Shown here piece after piece: positions 47,245 through 56,820 of a stretch of 64,000 bases of DNA. The stretch is from NCBI GenBank assembly GCA_910587325.1, contig CAJUKB010000004.1, forward strand, positions 16,988 through 80,987. Reading direction: 5' to 3'. The notes beneath the pieces were generated by a model. That model had not been told where the DNA came from. It was given only the letters and a program-made list of their open reading frames with translations, and did not search any database. Position 1 is the first letter of the stretch. Each line of letters opens with the position of its first letter. Origin of the DNA: an uncultured Bacilli bacterium (GTDB taxonomy: Bacteria > Bacillota_I > Bacilli_A > RF39 > UBA660). Made by a program: the position numbers and the translations under genes.

Positions 47245-49024
47245 TTATTTCTTCCTCCAATTCTTTGGCAACTATTTTATAAAAATCTTTTGCATACCTA
47301 TATTGTTTTATAGAGTATTCTCCAAATTCTATACCTAAGTTTCTTTTGAATTCACACCAATTACTCCAGAGCAAACCGCAAGCCGAAATATAGGCATAGA
47401 TTTTTAGACGAGTTATTTTTTTACATTTGTTTTTGAAATAGATAGAAATTAAATTATCAATTTCTTCCTTATCATATAATGAATATATACAAAACATAGC
47501 AATATCAACATGTGGATCTTGCATACCTGCATATTCCCAGTCAATTAATTTTATTTCATTTTTTGTAATCAAAAAATTATCTGGTACTGCATCAATATGA
47601 GTCAAACTTCTACTTTCTACATTTTTTTCAATAAAAGGTTTTAATTTTCTTACATTTTTTTTAGTTGTTTCATAATCTTCATAAACAGAGGCGTTTCCAT
47701 TCCATAGCAACTCAAAATAATCGATTTGTTTAAAAATATCAAATTTATGTTCCACTTTTAATTTTAAATTATGAAAATCTCTTAGTTTTTTCATACATTT
47801 TTTTATGTCCTCTTGATTATGTGGATTGCATACTTTTGCTCCTTCTATAAATTTTGTAATTTTATAACCATTCTCAGGATTTATATAATAAATGTCATCA
47901 CAAATGTTTTGATTTTTTATTTTTAAGTAAGTTGCTGCTTCTTGTTTTCTATTTATCAGTTGGTCTGTTCCTTCTCCTGGAATACGCATAATGTATTTTT
48001 GATTTTGGCATTCAAATATAAAAGATTTATTGGTCATACCTTTTTTCAATATTTGTATATTTACAATTTCTTTCGTATCTACTTTAAAGACTTCTTTTAT
48101 AATTTCTATTGCATCATTATTTAAACTATTAGAATTAAAATCAAAATCTCTTAATTCTTCATAGGTATTTATTTCTATATAATCTTCATTATTAACAAGA
48201 TTCGGTTTAAAATATTTAGTATTCTCTTGTAATAAAATATCTTCCCAATATGAATTCTTGTATTTTTTCAAATTGTTACATTCTTCTAGGGTTTTTACAA
48301 AAAGTTTTTTATCTTTTTCGCTAATATAGGCAATTCCTATCATTTTATTTCCATATTCTTTTGTATTCACTTTTGTTAATTCAAATTTTTTGTTAATTCT
48401 TAGAATACTATCCTCATCTTTCTCATTATTTAGCATATACCAAGAATACAATTCAACAGTATGAAAGGGATTTTCCTTACAATAAATGTCACAAGGTATA
48501 ATGTAAGAGTTTCCTATATTCTTTTTTGCTAAGTTAAGGGAATACAAATTGTTTCTTTCACTATATTTTGGATTTATTATTAACTCAACATTATATTTGT
48601 CTATTAAGTATTCGTATTTTTCTTTCATAAAGCCTACTATAATTTGGATATTCGTAATGCCAACTTCTTGTAGTTGTTTTATAATACGTTCAATTAGAAC
48701 CTCATTTTTTACTTCTAAAAGTCCTTTTGGTATTTCTGTATTTATAGGAACCATTCGCATTCCGTATCCCGCTGCCAGAATAATGGCATTTCTAGTTTTT
48801 GAAGAATGGATTTCTTTTATCGCTTTTTCTGTTAATTCTTTATTATTTGTTAAATAGCCATATTCTATTAACTTTTTTAAACTTACATTTATTACCCCCA
48901 AAGATGTTTTGGTTATTTTTGATAGTTCTCTTTGAGTTAACTCCCTTTTATTATTAAAAATCGTTATTATAATATCATACATAATTTTGTTCATGAAAAT
49001 CAAATACTCTTTTCTTATGAACAT
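47237..49024 (-). CDS. Fusion protein: HTH, LicC-like nucleotidyltransferase and LicA-like choline kinase
   Basis: 595 aa. N-terminal HTH (RELTQRELSKITKTS), AIILAAGYGMRM nucleotidyltransferase motif, and a C-terminal choline/ethanolamine kinase motif LIDWEYAGMQDPHVDIAMF. Confidence 0.65.
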   Translation of the reverse strand: MFIRKEYLIFMNKIMYDIIITIFNNKRELTQRELSKITKTSLGVINVSLKKLIEYGYLTNNKELTEKAIKEIHSSKTRNAIILAAGYGMRMVPINTEIPKGLLEVKNEVLIERIIKQLQEVGITNIQIIVGFMKEKYEYLIDKYNVELIINPKYSERNNLYSLNLAKKNIGNSYIIPCDIYCKENPFHTVELYSWYMLNNEKDEDSILRINKKFELTKVNTKEYGNKMIGIAYISEKDKKLFVKTLEECNNLKKYKNSYWEDILLQENTKYFKPNLVNNEDYIEINTYEELRDFDFNSNSLNNDAIEIIKEVFKVDTKEIVNIQILKKGMTNKSFIFECQNQKYIMRIPGEGTDQLINRKQEAATYLKIKNQNICDDIYYINPENGYKITKFIEGAKVCNPHNQEDIKKCMKKLRDFHNLKLKVEHKFDIFKQIDYFELLWNGNASVYEDYETTKKNVRKLKPFIEKNVESRSLTHIDAVPDNFLITKNEIKLIDWEYAGMQDPHVDIAMFCIYSLYDKEEIDNLISIYFKNKCKKITRLKIYAYISACGLLWSNWCEFKRNLGIEFGEYSIKQYRYAKDFYKIVAKELEEEINE

Positions 49025-49119
49025 AATATCATATTATCTTTTAAATGGGAAGTAAAAAGCATATTTTTTTCTCTATATAAAATATTTTCCTTATGCTATA
49101 ATTTTAGTAGGTGATAGTA

Positions 49120-49929
49120 ATGAATAAAGCACAAAAACATCAATTAGAAATGGCTTTGGAAGTAGACCGTATCTGTAAGAAATACAATTTAAAGTATAAC
49201 ATTGATGGTGGTACTCTTCTTGGTGCTATTCGTCATAAAGGTTTTATTCCTTGGGATGATGATTTAGATATTGATATGCCAAGACATGATTATGAAAAGT
49301 TTTGTGAAGTAGCACAAAAAGAATTAGGAGACAAATATTTTTTACAAACTTGGGATACAGAACCTAATTATGCTATGACTTTTGCAAAAATAAGAGAAAA
49401 TAATACTATTTATTTAGAAAACGTTGCAAAAAATGTGGATGTTCATCAAGGAATATGGATAGATATATTTCCTCATGATGTGATTACAGATAATGTATTT
49501 TTACAAAAAATATTGGTAAAAAAGGCCGTGCTTTATCGTTTGATGTTGCAAATAAAAAAAGGATATATTATAGAAACACCTTCGTTTAGCAAAAGAGTTA
49601 TTTTAGCCTTCTTAAAGTTTCTTGCTATCTTCACTTCCGCAAAATCTTTAAAGAAAAAGTTACAAAAAATGCAATTGCGTTATCAAAATACGAAAACAAA
49701 CAGTCTAGTAGATTATTCTAGTGTGCTTTTTAATAAAATGATTTACGATAAAAAGGTAATGAATGAATATGCTCCTGTTTCTTTTGAAGGAAAAACACTA
49801 ATGGGGCTTAAAGATTATGATACTTATCTTACCTATCTTTATGGTGATTATATGACGCCTCCTCCAGAGGGACAAAGAGAAAATCGGCATGGTATAATTC
49901 AAATTGACTTTAATGCAAAGCAAAAGTAA
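49120..49929 (+). CDS. licD: LicD-family phosphocholine transferase
   Basis: DGGTLLGAIRHKGFIPWDDDLDIDM and IDIFP motifs. Start taken at the ATG with RBS AGGTGA. The ORF track starts at the GTG at 49111. Confidence 0.75.
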   Translation: MNKAQKHQLEMALEVDRICKKYNLKYNIDGGTLLGAIRHKGFIPWDDDLDIDMPRHDYEKFCEVAQKELGDKYFLQTWDTEPNYAMTFAKIRENNTIYLENVAKNVDVHQGIWIDIFPHDVITDNVFLQKILVKKAVLYRLMLQIKKGYIIETPSFSKRVILAFLKFLAIFTSAKSLKKKLQKMQLRYQNTKTNSLVDYSSVLFNKMIYDKKVMNEYAPVSFEGKTLMGLKDYDTYLTYLYGDYMTPPPEGQRENRHGIIQIDFNAKQK

Positions 49930-49964
49930 ATATCTGTTTATTGAAAATGGATATTTTTTTGTTA

Positions 49965-50012
49965 AAAAAGACAGTTTCTTTTTTTATTTTGATACTGTCT
50001 TTCTTATTTTTT
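49965..50012. terminator. Hairpin AAAGACAGT-N19-ACTGTCTTT plus T-run between convergent genes
   Basis: 9-bp stem followed by CTTATTTTTT, between the licD stop (49929) and the stop of the minus-strand gene at 50018. Confidence 0.5.
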
Positions 50013-50017
50013 CGTTT

Positions 50018-52195
50018 TCAATTTTTAAACACATCTAAAATCACTTTTTTGGTATTTTCACTACTATACTCTTCACTTTTTTTACGTGCATTTTTGATAA
50101 GTTTATTTTTTTTCGTTGTTTTTAGATTTAAAAACGTATCCATTTTATTTGCTAATTCTTTATCATCACTCGGATTAAACGTTAAACTATTTTCACCATC
50201 TATTAGATAGTCACTTGGACCATATTTGTTGCTACCAATTACGAATGTTTCACAGGCCATGGCTTCTAGTCCCGTTAGCCCCAATGACTCACTTTTCATT
50301 CTAGTCGGATAAATAAAAGCGTCTATGGCATTATAAATACTTACAAGTTCTTCTTGGCTTACTAATGGTTTTCTTATGATCACTTTTTCTAATTTATATT
50401 TCTGTATCCACTTTTTTAGTTGAGGTTCTTCACTTCCACTACCAACGAGCAAGAATTTCACATCTTCTTTTTTGTTTATTTTACGGAATTCATGAATGGC
50501 TTTTACATATACATCATATCCTTTGTCTTTTTCAATTCGTGCAATAAAGGCAAAATATGTATATTTACTATCTAATTCTACATTTTTTAATGCCGTCTTT
50601 TTATTCATTTTTTTAAATTTTGCTAAATCGACCCCACCCGATGGGAAAATTACTATTTTTTCTTTTGCAACCTTATAATTTTTAATCAATACTTTTTTAA
50701 AATAGTTAGAGGGAGAAATTACAATATCCGATCCTTTTAGGAAAAGTCTAGTGAGTCCTAAATACCCTTTGTCCACATTTGTATCTGCTACAATATCATT
50801 TCCATGGGTATTTAACACTAGTTTGGTATTTTTTGCGCATAAGGCTGGAATAAATACTCCTGCTGTTGTATGGGAAACAAAATGAACATAGATATAATCG
50901 TAATTATTAAAAACTGCTTTTAATAAAGAGAGACCACACATTTTTATATAAGAAAATAATTTTTTTATTTTTCCTGTTGTTTTATACATTACAACTAAAT
51001 CTATTGTATGATTTGCTTCTACTAATAAATCATATGTATTTTTCACAAATATTCCATAATGAGGATATTCTTTACTTGGATACATATTGCTTACAAATAA
51101 GATATCCTTTTTCATTTTACCATTATCATTTTTTGAAATTAAGAACAATAAACTTAGAAAAGGAATTAAATATGGGTTTATTAAAACATTTCCCAAATTG
51201 GATAAAATAAGTAGAAAGACAAATATAATTGTATAGTTCTTTTTTAAATGACTAAATTTAAATACATACGCAAAGTAGAAAAAATAAAAGAATAGCCCTA
51301 AGATTCCAATGCTATAAAATAAATCAAAAATATCACTTTCTACATAATGAATGGAATTTAGTTTTTCGTATCCTATACCTAATACTTTTTCCATACCACT
51401 ACTTTCTTTAAAACTTTTTTGAACATTTTTTAATAAATCGATTCTTTCATTAATGAAAATCTCTTTCGTACTATATGGTTCTAAAGATGTTTTATCTTTT
51501 GTTAAATCCATCTTAGGTATATAAACGGCAAGCCCTATACATAATGTTAAAACAAGAAGAAGAGATTTTAGTTGGTTCTTTTTTATTGTTTTTGCTATTT
51601 TTCTTAGGTTACCAAAAAGGTAAAAGAGAACTAACATAAGAATACTAATAAAGAAAATTTCATTGTTTATGAATAGAGTTAAAAGGCAAAATGCTATTAA
51701 AAATAATCCTTTTAATAAATAACTATTGCTTTCTATTATATATAATAGTGATACACCAAAAAGAAGAAGAAATAGATTTAAGATTTCATTATTTATGGTA
51801 AAGCCAAATAAAGAGAAAATGAGTAATACTATAATATATAGTAAAGATAAAATAGTAATTGTTTTTTTAGTCATAGTTTCTTTTTGATATTGAGTAAAGA
51901 ATAGAATGAAGGTTGGTAAAGAAAAAATAGTAAGTAGATTGGTAATTTCAAACCAAGGGTTTAGATGGTTTGTAAATACATGGAGAAGATAAATAAAAAA
52001 ATATATTCCTAAAAGGGCAAAAATTTTTTTATGTTTCGTATTTTTTACTAAATAATAAACACTATACAATAGAAATAATCCTTTTAAAGTCAAAGTTATT
52101 AAAAAGGTAGTAGTGTTTATCAAAGATATACCATCTAAAAAAGGTAATAAAAATATAAGTAGGTATAGTCCATCTATTTTTTTTAATTTTGTCAT
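50018..52195 (-). CDS. Fusion of an O-antigen ligase/polymerase-like polytopic membrane domain with a C-terminal GT4 glycosyltransferase
   Basis: 725 aa. About 10 N-terminal TM helices, then a GT4 domain (VGSGSEEPQL...ESLGLTGLEAMACETFVIGS). Confidence 0.55.
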   Translation of the reverse strand: MTKLKKIDGLYLLIFLLPFLDGISLINTTTFLITLTLKGLFLLYSVYYLVKNTKHKKIFALLGIYFFIYLLHVFTNHLNPWFEITNLLTIFSLPTFILFFTQYQKETMTKKTITILSLLYIIVLLIFSLFGFTINNEILNLFLLLFGVSLLYIIESNSYLLKGLFLIAFCLLTLFINNEIFFISILMLVLFYLFGNLRKIAKTIKKNQLKSLLLVLTLCIGLAVYIPKMDLTKDKTSLEPYSTKEIFINERIDLLKNVQKSFKESSGMEKVLGIGYEKLNSIHYVESDIFDLFYSIGILGLFFYFFYFAYVFKFSHLKKNYTIIFVFLLILSNLGNVLINPYLIPFLSLLFLISKNDNGKMKKDILFVSNMYPSKEYPHYGIFVKNTYDLLVEANHTIDLVVMYKTTGKIKKLFSYIKMCGLSLLKAVFNNYDYIYVHFVSHTTAGVFIPALCAKNTKLVLNTHGNDIVADTNVDKGYLGLTRLFLKGSDIVISPSNYFKKVLIKNYKVAKEKIVIFPSGGVDLAKFKKMNKKTALKNVELDSKYTYFAFIARIEKDKGYDVYVKAIHEFRKINKKEDVKFLLVGSGSEEPQLKKWIQKYKLEKVIIRKPLVSQEELVSIYNAIDAFIYPTRMKSESLGLTGLEAMACETFVIGSNKYGPSDYLIDGENSLTFNPSDDKELANKMDTFLNLKTTKKNKLIKNARKKSEEYSSENTKKVILDVFKN

Positions 52196-52338
52196 AGTTT
52201 TTCTTCTCCTTTTTTAATATTATATCAAAAAAAGTATTCTTTTCATTAAATTCTTATAAAAGTGTTTGGTGATAAAACATTTATAATTAAAAAAAATACC
52301 TTCTTTTAAAGAGAAAGTATTTGCTTTCCATATTTTTC

Positions 52339-53424
52339 TTATTTCTTTTTCTTCCCTTTTTTTGTTTCTTTCTTATTTTTCTTCTTTTCATTATTATGTT
52401 TAAATAAAATATCTGTTTTTAAGACAATGAATAGGAAGATAATCATTAATCCTACATAAATGAAAATAACGTAGTAGGTATCTCCTAAAGCGTAAAAGAT
52501 GGATAACGCTGCAAATAAAATATCAATGGCATAAATAATAAGCAAGGAAGTACGTGTAGAAAACTCCATTTTTAATAATTGGTGATGGATATGACCTTTA
52601 TCGGGAGTACTAAATGGATTTTGTTTTTTTAAAACTCTTCTAAAAATCGAGAATACAACATCAATAATTGGAGTGGCTAGTATAATTAAAGGGATGATTA
52701 AAGAAGTAAATGTTGCTGTTTTATATCCAAGTAATGTTGTCACCGCAATAATAAATCCTAAGAAATTGCTTCCAGTATCTCCAAGATAAATTCTTGCGGG
52801 TGGAAAATTATAAACCAAGAATCCTAAAATAGAACCTAACATAATTAAAGCAAGTGTTGTATCAAGGCCTTGTTGTGCATTCATAATAAAAGCAATAATC
52901 GAAATGGTAAGAAAGTAAATGGAACTGATTCCCGAGCATAAACCATCTAAACCATCCGAAAGATTAATAGCATTGATAATAGAAACGATGAGTACTATTG
53001 TAATCATATAATTCCAAGGATAGGAAAATGTAAAATTCATTCCTAGGACACTTATATAATCTAACGTAATTTGTCCATAAAACACAACAATCGACGCCGC
53101 AATAACTTGGACAAGTAACTGATATCTTGTTCTTAAAGGATTAATATCATCCATCATTCCCATGAAAATAAGTAAAAAGCTACCCATTAAAATAGATAAC
53201 ATTTGTACACTACTTCTTGCATACAACATATATCCTAACATAAAGGAGAAGAATATAGCTAGTCCACCAAGCGTTGGCATAGGGACTTTATTCAAGCGCC
53301 TTTCATTCGGATAATCAAGTGCTTTTACATGTCTTGCAATTTTTTCTACAATAGGCGTTACAATTAAACTGCATAAAAAAGTAACAAAGACGATTACAAA
53401 TACGTCATGACCATTTACATACAT
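52339..53424 (-). CDS. tagO: Undecaprenyl-phosphate N-acetylhexosamine-1-phosphate transferase (TagO/WecA/MraY family)
   Basis: NAINLSDGLDGL hallmark, DDxxP-like MGMMDDINPL, and polytopic topology. I prefer the start at the internal ATG (MYVNGHD) preceded by GGAAG. The ORF track begins at a TTG at 53460. Confidence 0.8.
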   Translation of the reverse strand: MYVNGHDVFVIVFVTFLCSLIVTPIVEKIARHVKALDYPNERRLNKVPMPTLGGLAIFFSFMLGYMLYARSSVQMLSILMGSFLLIFMGMMDDINPLRTRYQLLVQVIAASIVVFYGQITLDYISVLGMNFTFSYPWNYMITIVLIVSIINAINLSDGLDGLCSGISSIYFLTISIIAFIMNAQQGLDTTLALIMLGSILGFLVYNFPPARIYLGDTGSNFLGFIIAVTTLLGYKTATFTSLIIPLIILATPIIDVVFSIFRRVLKKQNPFSTPDKGHIHHQLLKMEFSTRTSLLIIYAIDILFAALSIFYALGDTYYVIFIYVGLMIIFLFIVLKTDILFKHNNEKKKNKKETKKGKKKK

Positions 53425-53484
53425 AATTTCACTTCCATCTTTATTATAACGTAATACCAAAAAAAAATGAAGAAAAATGCATAC

Positions 53485-54897
53485 TCACTTTTTTCTTCTT
53501 TTTTCATCTTCCCAAAAATCAAAATTATCAAATTTATCTAATTTTTCTTTTAAGGAAGTGTCTTGGGTTTCTTTTGTTTCTTTCTCTGTATTTTGTTCTA
53601 TTTTTATTTCTTGCACAAGTTCTTCTTTTTCTAGTTTTTTAACATCCGCTTTTGAATTTCTATTTATTTTTTTCTTATGTTTGTTCTTTTTCTTTAATAG
53701 ACATAAAATCAATAAGAAGGCAAATACTAAACCAACTCCAAAAGCAATACAAATATACATATAAGTATTTAAATCTTTAGTTAAACTTTCCACTTCCTCT
53801 TGATTCCATACTTGGAAAGTTCCTTCTTCTGTATCATAACTATAATAATCGTATTTTCCTGTTTCAATGTTCATACCATAGCAAATGACAAAACGACTAT
53901 TTTCACTTAAACGATATATAGGAACTTCTACTTCGTTAATGCTTATTGTTCCATTAGTATAATTTTTAAGTTCGTTAGGAAAATCCGTCAAGTATAGAGT
54001 CAAAGCATTCGCATTTAATTCGTTATAAATAGTGTAAGTATTATTCTCTTCATTGTAGATAGCTAGTATCACTTTGCCTGTTGTATCCTTAAGTCCCACT
54101 AAAGTAAATCCAGTTGTTTCACTATAAAAAGCTGGAATGGTAAATCCATTTATTTCTATTGTTTTTTCTTCATACATATTGAGCTGTGGTAAACTTTTGC
54201 CATTTTTAATAATCGTGTAAGATTTTTCTCCTATCTTGACTTCAATTGGATTCGTATCTTCTACGTTCACATTGATAACATATGTTTTCGTAGCTCCACT
54301 TTCTGCTGTTACCACTACATTAAAGGTATTGATACCTTCTGATACTTCTACTTCTCCTGTTCCTGAAACACTTGCATGTGATTCATTTGCTTTGGCGGCG
54401 ATTTTAACAGAATTGACAGTAGATGGAACTGTTACAGAGTATTCTAAGGTATCTTTGTTGAATGATGGAGTAAGTTCATATCCTTCAATAGATAAAGAGG
54501 CTAGATTTGCATCCGTTGCTTTTTCTCTTACAGGAACCACTGTTACTCTTTTAGAAGCAGATACGTTTGTGGTTGCTCCATCTTTACTAGTAATATCTCC
54601 AGTAGCAGTAAAGGAAATCATTCCTAAACTCGTAGCTTTACATGTCACAGTTAGTGTTTTAGTTGTATTATTTCCGTTACTTGTAGAATCTGCAAAGCTT
54701 TGGGTACACCCACTTGTGGAACCGGCAGAAACAATTTTTACATTCCAAGCTGCCGTTCCTTTTAATGTTAATGTTGCTTTTACAGTACTTCCTAATTCTA
54801 CGCTTGTTGGAGCGCTTAAAGAATAAGTTGCTGCTGCATGCACCATATAGGGGCACAAACTAAACAAACATAACAAACGAATTAACTTTCTTTTCAT
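53485..54897 (-). CDS. Secreted, membrane-anchored surface protein with a cadherin-like beta-sandwich domain
   Basis: 470 aa. Signal peptide, an ANLASLSIEGYELTPSFNKDTLEYSVTVPSTVNSVKIAAKA region typical of the clostridial cadherin-like domain, a C-terminal TM helix and a charged K/E-rich tail. Confidence 0.5.
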   Translation of the reverse strand: MKRKLIRLLCLFSLCPYMVHAAATYSLSAPTSVELGSTVKATLTLKGTAAWNVKIVSAGSTSGCTQSFADSTSNGNNTTKTLTVTCKATSLGMISFTATGDITSKDGATTNVSASKRVTVVPVREKATDANLASLSIEGYELTPSFNKDTLEYSVTVPSTVNSVKIAAKANESHASVSGTGEVEVSEGINTFNVVVTAESGATKTYVINVNVEDTNPIEVKIGEKSYTIIKNGKSLPQLNMYEEKTIEINGFTIPAFYSETTGFTLVGLKDTTGKVILAIYNEENNTYTIYNELNANALTLYLTDFPNELKNYTNGTISINEVEVPIYRLSENSRFVICYGMNIETGKYDYYSYDTEEGTFQVWNQEEVESLTKDLNTYMYICIAFGVGLVFAFLLILCLLKKKNKHKKKINRNSKADVKKLEKEELVQEIKIEQNTEKETKETQDTSLKEKLDKFDNFDFWEDEKRRKK

Positions 54898-54911
54898 TTC
54901 ATCCCTCTATT

Positions 54912-56666
54912 CTATCTTTGTGAAATATTTTGTGTTCCTAAAAGATATTGTCTAAGTCTCAATAAATCTGCGGAATTTATATTACTATTTACAAGTTTTG
55001 CAGCTTCTAAATAAACACCGCTTAATTTCGATGATCCAATCAAGTGTTGACGCATTTTAAGTAAATCTGCGGAGTTGATTGTTCCATCTCCGTTTAAATC
55101 GCCATAAACAACAGCTGTATAGGTTTCGCCGTTATAAGTGAATGTGGTACCTGTTCCAATTTTGTCGGCTTTACTAGTAATTGTTACTTGATTTTGTAAT
55201 TTAGATTTCAAAGTAGAAATACTTTCTCCAACAGTAAATCCTTTCACCAAACCAGAACCTACTTTTAGTCCAACAGAAGCTAGCTTCGTTGTAAGTGTTA
55301 CAGGTATACTCGGACTACTTCCATTACTACTATTTGAACAAATCGTACAAGCACTACCACTTGCAAATACTAATCCCGCTTTATAAGGAGATTCTGCTCC
55401 ACTTGATGCACCTAAATTGTAAAAATTATAAAGTCCGCTATAATTGATTCCCTTATATTCAAAAGCATTTCCTGTTGTAGCTGCACCTCCGCCCATTCCT
55501 GATTCTTGTAAAGCTAAAGCAGCAAGATAAACGGCACTAACTCCTGATGTTTTTCCCGCTTCTATAAAGATAGAAGCATAACTTTGATTGTCAAGAATCG
55601 AAATTCCATCCATAAAACTTCCCTTTATAATACTCCCTATCATTGCTTCTGTATGGCTAGAGTTGTAGCGTAAACTTTCAAATTGAAAGATATATTCTTC
55701 GTTTAAAAAATTTCTTGGGTCCATGTAGTAAGCAAGTGTTTCTCTATTTGGAACGTACCATCCTTTATCATTTCCTGCTTGCACATAACTTCCGTTTTCT
55801 ATTAGATAATATGCTGTACTTCCATTAATAGCAGATACCCCATTTTCATAAGTTAATGCAGTATCAAAATTTTCATTTGTCTGTAATGCTTCAAAAGTCC
55901 AACTTGGATGTTTCGTATGTAAAGCACGTAAATAAGGCTTATAAGAATCAGGAAATCCTGCTTGGCTTAATTTTGTTTCAAATGCCGCATCGGTAATGGT
56001 ATCTTGTCTTGGAACCGTTGTTTTATTTCCTCCTGGTCGATTATAAACATTTGCCATATTATTATAAACCGGAATGGTAAATGTAAATGGTAAATCTAAA
56101 AAATTACTATTTGCATAGGCTTTATACGTTTTAGAAGATTCATTAGAAGGTGCCGCAATATTGGTTTGGTATTGGTGTGAATACATACTATAGTTGCTGT
56201 TTGGATTGACATTGAATTTTTTTAAATAAATCGTATATTGTCCTTGCGCAATGTAAGAACCATTAATATAAATAGCTCCCCCTATAATGGCTTTTTTAGG
56301 TGAAGTCCAAGGCCTTAAGTAAACATCGCTACCATCAATGACAACTCCTGCTGCACATACATACCCGGTGTACTCTCCATAAGTAGCTTTATAAAACCCA
56401 GTAGAACAACCAGATGTTGGAGCAGTTTTGGTAAGACCATGAAGAAATACAATATCATCAGTACTTAAATTCACTAAAATTTGATTATTTTTAGTATCTG
56501 TCGTTGGTTTTACTCTGATTTTTTGCGTATCGTTTTTAATCTTTCCTGGTATTAATTCTTCTGCTTCTACCTGAATAGGAAAAGAAAAGATAGAAGAAAA
56601 AGTAATACTAAAAATAAGGGTTATTGAAAATACTTTTGCAAAAAACTTTTTTACCTTTTTAGGCAT
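54912..56666 (-). CDS. Secreted GH73-like N-acetylglucosaminidase (putative peptidoglycan hydrolase) with C-terminal dockerin type I repeats
   Basis: 584 aa. Signal peptide, a YLAALALQESGMGGG motif resembling the GH73 catalytic region, and C-terminal repeats GDLNGDGTINSADLLKMRQHLIG / INSADLLRLRQYLLG. Confidence 0.5.
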   Translation of the reverse strand: MPKKVKKFFAKVFSITLIFSITFSSIFSFPIQVEAEELIPGKIKNDTQKIRVKPTTDTKNNQILVNLSTDDIVFLHGLTKTAPTSGCSTGFYKATYGEYTGYVCAAGVVIDGSDVYLRPWTSPKKAIIGGAIYINGSYIAQGQYTIYLKKFNVNPNSNYSMYSHQYQTNIAAPSNESSKTYKAYANSNFLDLPFTFTIPVYNNMANVYNRPGGNKTTVPRQDTITDAAFETKLSQAGFPDSYKPYLRALHTKHPSWTFEALQTNENFDTALTYENGVSAINGSTAYYLIENGSYVQAGNDKGWYVPNRETLAYYMDPRNFLNEEYIFQFESLRYNSSHTEAMIGSIIKGSFMDGISILDNQSYASIFIEAGKTSGVSAVYLAALALQESGMGGGAATTGNAFEYKGINYSGLYNFYNLGASSGAESPYKAGLVFASGSACTICSNSSNGSSPSIPVTLTTKLASVGLKVGSGLVKGFTVGESISTLKSKLQNQVTITSKADKIGTGTTFTYNGETYTAVVYGDLNGDGTINSADLLKMRQHLIGSSKLSGVYLEAAKLVNSNINSADLLRLRQYLLGTQNISQR

Positions 56667-56820
56667 AGCTTTCCCTCCTTTTTCTAATACTATTTTAACA
56701 TTTTACATTCTTTTTTTAAAGATTTCGAAGTCTAGATTTGTAAGCATAGTGTCAAGTAAGTGATTATTGTAAATGATAAGCATTTTGGGGTATAATTATA
56801 AAATACGAGAGGATTTGAAT

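Noticed and set aside
54236-54826. 196-aa plus-strand ORF
   Set aside because: Antisense to the cadherin-like surface protein gene. The Thr/Val/Ser-rich translation is a mirror-image artefact of that gene's composition.
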